From assembly GCF_000007985.2 (NCBI RefSeq), contig NC_002939.5, forward strand, positions 1,590,001 to 1,622,000: DNA of 32,000 nucleotides. The letters are read 5' to 3'. Origin of the DNA: Geobacter sulfurreducens PCA. Its GTDB lineage: Bacteria > Desulfobacterota > Desulfuromonadia > Geobacterales > Geobacteraceae. Below, one piece after another: positions 27,347 through 32,000 of the stretch (its first letter is position 1; the number at the start of each line of letters is the position of its first letter). Under the pieces are notes generated by a model. The model searched no databases. It was not told the origin of the DNA and saw nothing but the letters and a program-made list of their open reading frames with translations. A program made the translations under genes and the position numbers.

Positions 27347-27636
27347 CCATCACGACCCTGCTCGGTCTTCTGGCGGGCACCCTTACGAGTGTGGCCGCCA
27401 TCCCCCAGGTGGTCAGGGCCTTCAGAACCAAACGGGTACGCGACATTTCGATCTGGCAGCCCCTGATTCTCGTTACCGGACTGTTCCTCTGGCTCGGGTA
27501 TGGTCTGCTCCTGCGCGATCTCCCGCTCATTGTCGCCAATATCGTTTCGATCATCTGCAACAGTGCGGTGATCGTTATGAAAATGAGCTATGGGGGGGAT
27601 GACAACCGGCCGGCTGATGATTATCCTTGTGAGTGA
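27343..27636 (+). CDS. SemiSWEET / PQ-loop (MtN3-like) 3-TM transporter
   Basis: Internal ATG at 27343 of ORF 26992..27636; the upstream part overlaps trmJ in another frame. The 97-aa product is [57 protein letters not shown]..., with a PQ motif and three TM helices. The ATGA overlaps the trmJ stop. Confidence 0.8.
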   Translation: MTITTLLGLLAGTLTSVAAIPQVVRAFRTKRVRDISIWQPLILVTGLFLWLGYGLLLRDLPLIVANIVSIICNSAVIVMKMSYGGDDNRPADDYPCE

Positions 27637-27662
27637 CATTATTCCAGGATGGTGGAGGACCC

Positions 27663-28247
27663 ATGAAACGACTGGTGATGGTAGTGACAGCACTGCTCGG
27701 ATTGTCGCTGCTTTCGGGCTGCGGCTACAACGTGATGCAAGCCAACGAAGAGGCGGTATTTTCCGCGTGGGGCGACGTAGAGGCGGCGTACCAGCGGCGG
27801 GCCGATCTCATTCCCAACTTGGTGGAGGTGGTCAAGGGGTACGCGAAGCATGAGGCTGAAACCCTGACGGCGGTAACCGAAGCCCGGGCCAAGGTCGGGT
27901 CAATGCAGGTGACCCGCGATGCCGTGAACAATCCGGAAACCCTGGCCAAGTTTCAACAGGCCCAAGGGGAACTCTCCAGCGCGCTCTCACGGCTCATGGT
28001 CGTGGTGGAACGATATCCGGATCTGAAGGCCAACCAGAACTTCCTCGATCTCCAGAACCAGTTGGAAGGGACCGAAAATCGGATCAATGTAGCCCGGACC
28101 CGTTACAACAAGGCGGTACAGGACTTCAATACCAGCATCAGAACCTTCCCCAACAGCCTTACGAACAAGCTGCTGCTTCACCTGGAACGCAAGGAACCGT
28201 TCAAGGCAGACGAAGGCGCCAAGGCCGCGCCTAAAGTGAAGTTTTGA
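27663..28247 (+). CDS. LemA family protein (lipoprotein/membrane-anchored)
   Basis: ATG at 27663 (GGAGG at 27652-27656). Contains [23 protein letters not shown], then the LemA core [25 protein letters not shown]...[34 protein letters not shown]. Confidence 0.88.
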   Translation: MKRLVMVVTALLGLSLLSGCGYNVMQANEEAVFSAWGDVEAAYQRRADLIPNLVEVVKGYAKHEAETLTAVTEARAKVGSMQVTRDAVNNPETLAKFQQAQGELSSALSRLMVVVERYPDLKANQNFLDLQNQLEGTENRINVARTRYNKAVQDFNTSIRTFPNSLTNKLLLHLERKEPFKADEGAKAAPKVKF

Positions 28248-28273
28248 CGAGGTCCCGGATTTCCGGTCTGAAC

Positions 28274-29143
28274 ATGAAGCGCCTGCTTCTCGCCATATGC
28301 ATCATTCTGTTCCCGACACTCGTTGCAGCACGCGACGTGCCGCAACTTCACGGGTACGTGAACGATTACGCCGGACTCCTGTCTCCACAGGCAACTCAAC
28401 GAGTGGAGCAGATTCTGGCCGATCTTGAACGGAGCGATTCGACCCAGATTGTCGTGTTGACCGTACCCTCCCTGGAGGGGGACAGCCTTGAGGAGTTTTC
28501 CATCCGGGTGGCCGATGCCTGGCGAATCGGACAGAAAGGTGCGGACAACGGTGCCATTCTTCTGGTTGCCCGGGCCGAGCGGAAGGTGAGAATCGAGGTG
28601 GGACGGGGGCTCGAAGGACGCCTTACCGATCTTGTCTCCGGACGGATCATCCGGGGCGATATTGCCCCCTATTTCAGGCAGGGGGATTACGACGGCGGAA
28701 TTCTGGCCGGAGTGTCGGCCATGGCAGCCGTAGTGAAGGGAGAGTATGCCAACGCACCGCGCGACCTCAAACAGGGGAAGAAGAGTGCCCCTCCCATCAT
28801 GGGGCTGCTCATTTTCGTCGGGGTTGCCTGCGTCTTTCTCGGAGCGTTTTCCCGTATCCTCGGCGGCCTCGCCGGTGCTGTCGGGTTACCGCTGGTTACC
28901 GTGCTTACCATGCCGGGGCTCGGCCTTGTTTTGCTTGCCGGCCTTGCGGTGGCCGGATTCGTGGCCGGCCTTGTGCTTACCTCGCTGTTCGGCGGCGGTG
29001 GCAGGGGTGGAGGAGGCTTTGGCGGTGGCCCGTACCTCGGCGGTGGTTTTGGGGGAGGGTACGGTGGAGGCTGGTCGTCGGGGGGCGGTTTTTCTGGGGG
29101 CGGTGGCGGTTTCGGTGGCGGTGGAGCTTCGGGCGACTGGTGA
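28274..29143 (+). CDS. TPM-domain protein (YgcG-like; methanol-dehydrogenase beta-propeller annotation family) with TM segments and a Gly/aromatic-rich tail
   Basis: ATG at 28274. The signal peptide is MKRLLLAICIILFPTLVAA. The TPM core is GYVNDYAGLLSPQ...QIVVLTVPSLEG...GAILLVARAERKVRIEVGRGLEG. Hydrophobic helices follow, then a 50-aa G-rich tail. Confidence 0.85.
   Translation: MKRLLLAICIILFPTLVAARDVPQLHGYVNDYAGLLSPQATQRVEQILADLERSDSTQIVVLTVPSLEGDSLEEFSIRVADAWRIGQKGADNGAILLVARAERKVRIEVGRGLEGRLTDLVSGRIIRGDIAPYFRQGDYDGGILAGVSAMAAVVKGEYANAPRDLKQGKKSAPPIMGLLIFVGVACVFLGAFSRILGGLAGAVGLPLVTVLTMPGLGLVLLAGLAVAGFVAGLVLTSLFGGGGRGGGGFGGGPYLGGGFGGGYGGGWSSGGGFSGGGGGFGGGGASGDW
28991..29140 (+). repeat. Low-complexity GGN-codon tract encoding a Gly/aromatic tail
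   Basis: It encodes GGGGRGGGGFGGGPYLGGGFGGGYGGGWSSGGGFSGGGGGFGGGGASGDW. The DNA is imperfectly repeated GGC/GGT/GGA/GGG units. Confidence 0.9.
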
Positions 29144-29159
29144 GGCGAGGTAATCGGGC

Positions 29160-29786
29160 ATGAAGGCTGAATTGTTTTTTTCGTCCGCGGAAATGGAGCG
29201 AATCCGCAACGCCGTGGCTGCTGCAGAAGCGGCTACTTCAGGCGAAATTGTAACCATGGTGGTGGCTGAGAGCGACAGCTACCGGGAGGCGGAAACCCTC
29301 GGCGCGGTCCTCCTGGCCGGGCTGGTGTCGATTGCCGTTGCCGTGGTGCTCCACCATGTGACCATCTGGACCTATATCCCCCTTGTCTTTGTCCTGTTTC
29401 CGGCAGCGCGGGCAGGCATGCGCCGGATGCCGCGCCTGAAACTTCCCTTTGTCGGCAGGGCTCGCCTTGCCGAGGCCGTGCGTGAGCGGGCCGTGCGTGC
29501 GTTCTATGAGCGCGGGCTCTACCGGACCCGGCAGGAAACCGGTGTCCTCATTTTCATATCACTCCTCGAACACAAGGTCTGGATTCTGGGAGACCGGGGG
29601 ATCAACGCGAAGATACCGCCGGGATTCTGGGAGGGACTGGCCGGTGAATTGGCCCGGGGGATACGGGAGGGAAGAGGCTGTGATGCCCTTTGCGCCGCTG
29701 TTGCCGGGTGCGGGGCCGAACTGGCCAGGCATTTTCCGCGCAGGGCCGACGATACGAACGAGCTGACGGATGATCTGATGACGTGA
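29160..29786 (+). CDS. TPM-domain (TLP18.3/Psb32/MOLO-1 phosphatase-like) membrane protein
   Basis: 208 aa. Contains FSSAEMERIRNAVAAAEAATSGEIVTMVV, a two-helix hydrophobic insertion, then RTRQETGVLIFISLLEHKVWILGDRGI. Confidence 0.8.
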   Translation: MKAELFFSSAEMERIRNAVAAAEAATSGEIVTMVVAESDSYREAETLGAVLLAGLVSIAVAVVLHHVTIWTYIPLVFVLFPAARAGMRRMPRLKLPFVGRARLAEAVRERAVRAFYERGLYRTRQETGVLIFISLLEHKVWILGDRGINAKIPPGFWEGLAGELARGIREGRGCDALCAAVAGCGAELARHFPRRADDTNELTDDLMT

Positions 29787-29792
29787 GAGCGG

Positions 29793-31346
29793 TCAGTGCG
29801 TCCCCGCGGATTCGCCCGTGTGACGTGGGCGTCGCAGAAGCAGCAGAAAAGGGATCACGCTGAGAAAGGCGATCCCCACGATCCAGAATATCCGGTTGTA
29901 TGCCAGCATCCCCGCCTGTTTCTGAATAACACCGTAGAGTGCTCCGAGCGCAGCTTTCCCTGCGGTCACCCCATCCATTCCCCGCTGTTGCATCCCTTCC
30001 GCGAGCACGTTGAGCCGTTGTTGTGCCGCAAGATTGTATGGCGTTACCTGTTCCACCAGGACATTCTGGTAAAACTGGTGATACCGGGCAATAAGAGTGG
30101 CCGCGACGGCGATGCCCACACTGCCGCCGATATTGCGCATCAGGTTGAGCATGCCGGTGGCGTTCCCCATCTCTTCCTTGGGAATCGGCATGAGGGTCAC
30201 GGTATTGAGGGGAACGAACAGCATGGCGAGCCCCACGCCGAGGACCACGCGCGGCCAAACGAAGTCCCAGTAGGATGCCTCCAGGGTGAACCGTTGCATG
30301 AGGAACATGGCGGTCGCTCCAATCAGAAGCCCTCCCAAGACCACTTTTCGGCCATCGTAGCGTGAGATGATCGCCCCCACGAACGGCATGGTCAGCAGGG
30401 TGGCCACCCCCCCTGGGGCCAGGACCATTCCCGCCAGGGTTGCATCGTAGCCCATGAGCGTCTGGAGGAAGAGGGGGATCAGCATGATCGAGCTGTAGAG
30501 GCAGAACCCGATCATGAACATGATCAGATTGCCTGCGGAAAAGGAAATGTCCTTGAACAGGCGCAGGTTGACGATGGGGTGCTCGTGCCTGAGCTCCACA
30601 TAGATGAGAAGCATCAGCGCAAGTACCGAGATGATGGATGCGCCGGTGATAAAGGATGAGTTGAACCAGTCGTCCTGCTGTCCCTTGTCGAGCACGATCT
30701 GCAGCGCCCCGAGTCCGACGGTCAGCAACCCCAGCCCCCACCAGTCGATGGACAGCTTTGAGCGGCGGAGATAGGGGGGGTCGAAGATGAAGTAGACCGC
30801 CATGATCACCGCCAGGATGCCTATGGGGATATTGATGTAGAAAATCCAGCGCCAGTTCAGGTTGTCGGTGATCCAGCCCCCCAGGGCCGGGCCGATGATG
30901 GGGCCGAACATGGCGCCGATGCCGAAGATGGCGTTGGCCATTCCCCGTTCCCGGGGCGGGAATGTCTCCATGAGGATCGCCTGGCTGCTCGGGATCAGGG
31001 CTCCACCAGCAGCGCCCTGGACTATCCTGAAGAAGATGAGGCTTGTCAGGTTGGGCGCGGCGCCGCAGAGAAACGAGGCAATGGTGAAGAGGGTGATGCA
31101 GGAGATGAGGAACCGTTTCCTGCCGAAGAGTCGCGAAAACCAGCCGGTCATGGGGAGGACCACGGCGTTGCTCACCAGGTAGGAGGTGAGCACCCAGGTG
31201 ATTTCGTCGGTGCCGGCGTTGAGGCTCCCCTGCATGTGGGGAAGCGCCACGTTCGCCACGGAGGTGTCGACGATCTCCATGATTGTCGGCAGCATCACCG
31301 TGATGGTGATGAGCCACTTGTTGACGGTTTTCGTGTCCGGTTCCAC
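29793..31346 (-). CDS. emrB: MFS drug:H+ antiporter, DHA2 / EmrB-QacA subfamily (14-TMS class)
   Basis: 517 aa. GTG start (complement of 31344-31346) with AGGAG upstream. Contains WLITITVMLPTIMEIVDTSVANVALPHMQGSL...ITWVLTSYLVSNAVVLPMTGW...FGRKR. Confidence 0.88.
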   Translation of the reverse strand: MEPDTKTVNKWLITITVMLPTIMEIVDTSVANVALPHMQGSLNAGTDEITWVLTSYLVSNAVVLPMTGWFSRLFGRKRFLISCITLFTIASFLCGAAPNLTSLIFFRIVQGAAGGALIPSSQAILMETFPPRERGMANAIFGIGAMFGPIIGPALGGWITDNLNWRWIFYINIPIGILAVIMAVYFIFDPPYLRRSKLSIDWWGLGLLTVGLGALQIVLDKGQQDDWFNSSFITGASIISVLALMLLIYVELRHEHPIVNLRLFKDISFSAGNLIMFMIGFCLYSSIMLIPLFLQTLMGYDATLAGMVLAPGGVATLLTMPFVGAIISRYDGRKVVLGGLLIGATAMFLMQRFTLEASYWDFVWPRVVLGVGLAMLFVPLNTVTLMPIPKEEMGNATGMLNLMRNIGGSVGIAVAATLIARYHQFYQNVLVEQVTPYNLAAQQRLNVLAEGMQQRGMDGVTAGKAALGALYGVIQKQAGMLAYNRIFWIVGIAFLSVIPFLLLLRRPRHTGESAGTH

Positions 31347-31358
31347 GTCTCCTGCCTT

Positions 31359-32000
31359 CTAGAACGGCCAGAGCCCGTGGAGGATGTCGCCCAGAGAGCG
31401 CTCCACGTCCACCGACGGCACCACGCTCATGCCCACCCGCAACAGGTGGCCGGGATCGCTTGCCCTGTCCACGGCGATCTTGACCGGAACCCGCTGGACG
31501 ACCTTCACGTAGTTGCCCGTGGCGTTTTCGGGCGGCAACAGCGAGAAGGCCGCGCCGGTTCCTGCCATGATACTGTCGATCCTGCCCGAGAAGGTGCGGC
31601 CAGGATAGGCGTCAACCGTAAAGGTGACCTTCTGGCCCGGCTTCATGTGGGTAAGCTGGCTCTCCTTGTAGTTGGCAGTGATCCAGACGTCATCGAGATC
31701 GACCACGGCCATGAGGGGCTGGCCCGCCTGGACCGTGTTGCCTGGCTCCACCGATTTGCGCGTGACGTAACCATCGGCGGGCGCCAGGATTTTCGTGTAG
31801 GAAAGGTTGAGGGACGCCGTGGCTAGTTGGGCATCGCGTAGCGCCACCCGGGCTTCGCGGCTACCGCTTCCCGACAGACCGATCTCGGCCTGTGCCTTGC
31901 GCATCTGCTCCTCTGCCTCGCGCACCTGGGCCACCGCCACCCGCTTTGCTGTCTCGAGCCGGTCGAACTGTTCGCGGGGGATGACCTCTTTTGCCAGCAA
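31359..32000 (-). CDS. emrA: HlyD/EmrA-family membrane fusion protein; N-terminus lies beyond the right edge
   Basis: The frame is open to position 32000, so the leading M in the ORF track is an artefact of a TTG at the edge. Contains a coiled-coil segment, then YTKILAPADGYVTRKSVEPGNTVQAGQPLMAVVDLDDVWITANYKE. It stops 12 nt before the emrB start. Confidence 0.85.
   Translation of the reverse strand: MLAKEVIPREQFDRLETAKRVAVAQVREAEEQMRKAQAEIGLSGSGSREARVALRDAQLATASLNLSYTKILAPADGYVTRKSVEPGNTVQAGQPLMAVVDLDDVWITANYKESQLTHMKPGQKVTFTVDAYPGRTFSGRIDSIMAGTGAAFSLLPPENATGNYVKVVQRVPVKIAVDRASDPGHLLRVGMSVVPSVDVERSLGDILHGLWPF

Noticed and set aside
22114-28273. N-terminal extensions in the ORF track: korC from 22114, HD-GYP from 22827, DUF4388 from 24086, SemiSWEET from 26992, LemA from 27633, TPM from 28244. 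The same applies to 3952 and 6233 in the polysaccharide locus.
   Set aside because: Each extension overlaps the preceding gene or lacks an RBS. Internal starts have good SD sequences and yield sensible N-termini such as signal peptides, lipoboxes or conserved family starts.
29602-31317. 571-aa minus-strand ORF overlapping emrB in another frame.
   Set aside because: Its composition (runs of H, R, P, G, D such as HHHGDAADNHGDRRHLRGERG) is typical of an off-frame reading of GC-rich DNA. The emrB frame gives 14 clean TM helices and MFS motifs.

Overview
The window is chromosomal DNA from a high-GC, Geobacter-like deltaproteobacterium. The gene order ispG-proS-pyrF-rlmB-tRNA-aspS-icd-mdh-korDABC matches my memory of Geobacter sulfurreducens, which I cannot verify here. 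I saw no mobile elements, CRISPR arrays, rRNA genes or phage genes.

Left to right:
- 1-1200 (-): a partial rlmD/rumA-type rRNA methyltransferase that is missing from the ORF track.
- 1347-8800 (+): a tightly coupled six-gene exopolysaccharide locus. It encodes a HEAT-repeat membrane protein, a processive GT2 synthase, a 65-aa membrane ORF, a TPR-glycosidase-like protein, a Tat-exported CE4 deacetylase and a TPR/beta-barrel outer-membrane porin.
- 8889-15529: housekeeping genes ispG, proS, pyrF, rlmB, divergent tRNA-Leu(CAA) and tRNA-Ala(GGC), and aspS.
- 15543-16232: a LysM lipoprotein.
- 16535-22698: a TCA block with monomeric icd, mdh and a four-subunit 2-oxoacid:ferredoxin oxidoreductase korDABC. 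The two promoters share a TTGTATAC-type operator motif.
- 22854-25837: a more AT-rich segment encoding a GAF-like/HD-GYP phosphodiesterase, a protein with two DUF4388-like repeats and an orphan 7-TM protein.
- 25946-29786: DedA, a TrmJ-like methyltransferase translationally coupled to a SemiSWEET, and a LemA-TPM-TPM module.
- 29793-32000 (-): an EmrB/EmrA-type efflux pair.

The best candidates for under-described biology are the non-canonical pga-like polysaccharide machine and the HD-GYP/DUF4388/7-TM cluster. All domain calls come from reading motifs by eye. No database search was possible.
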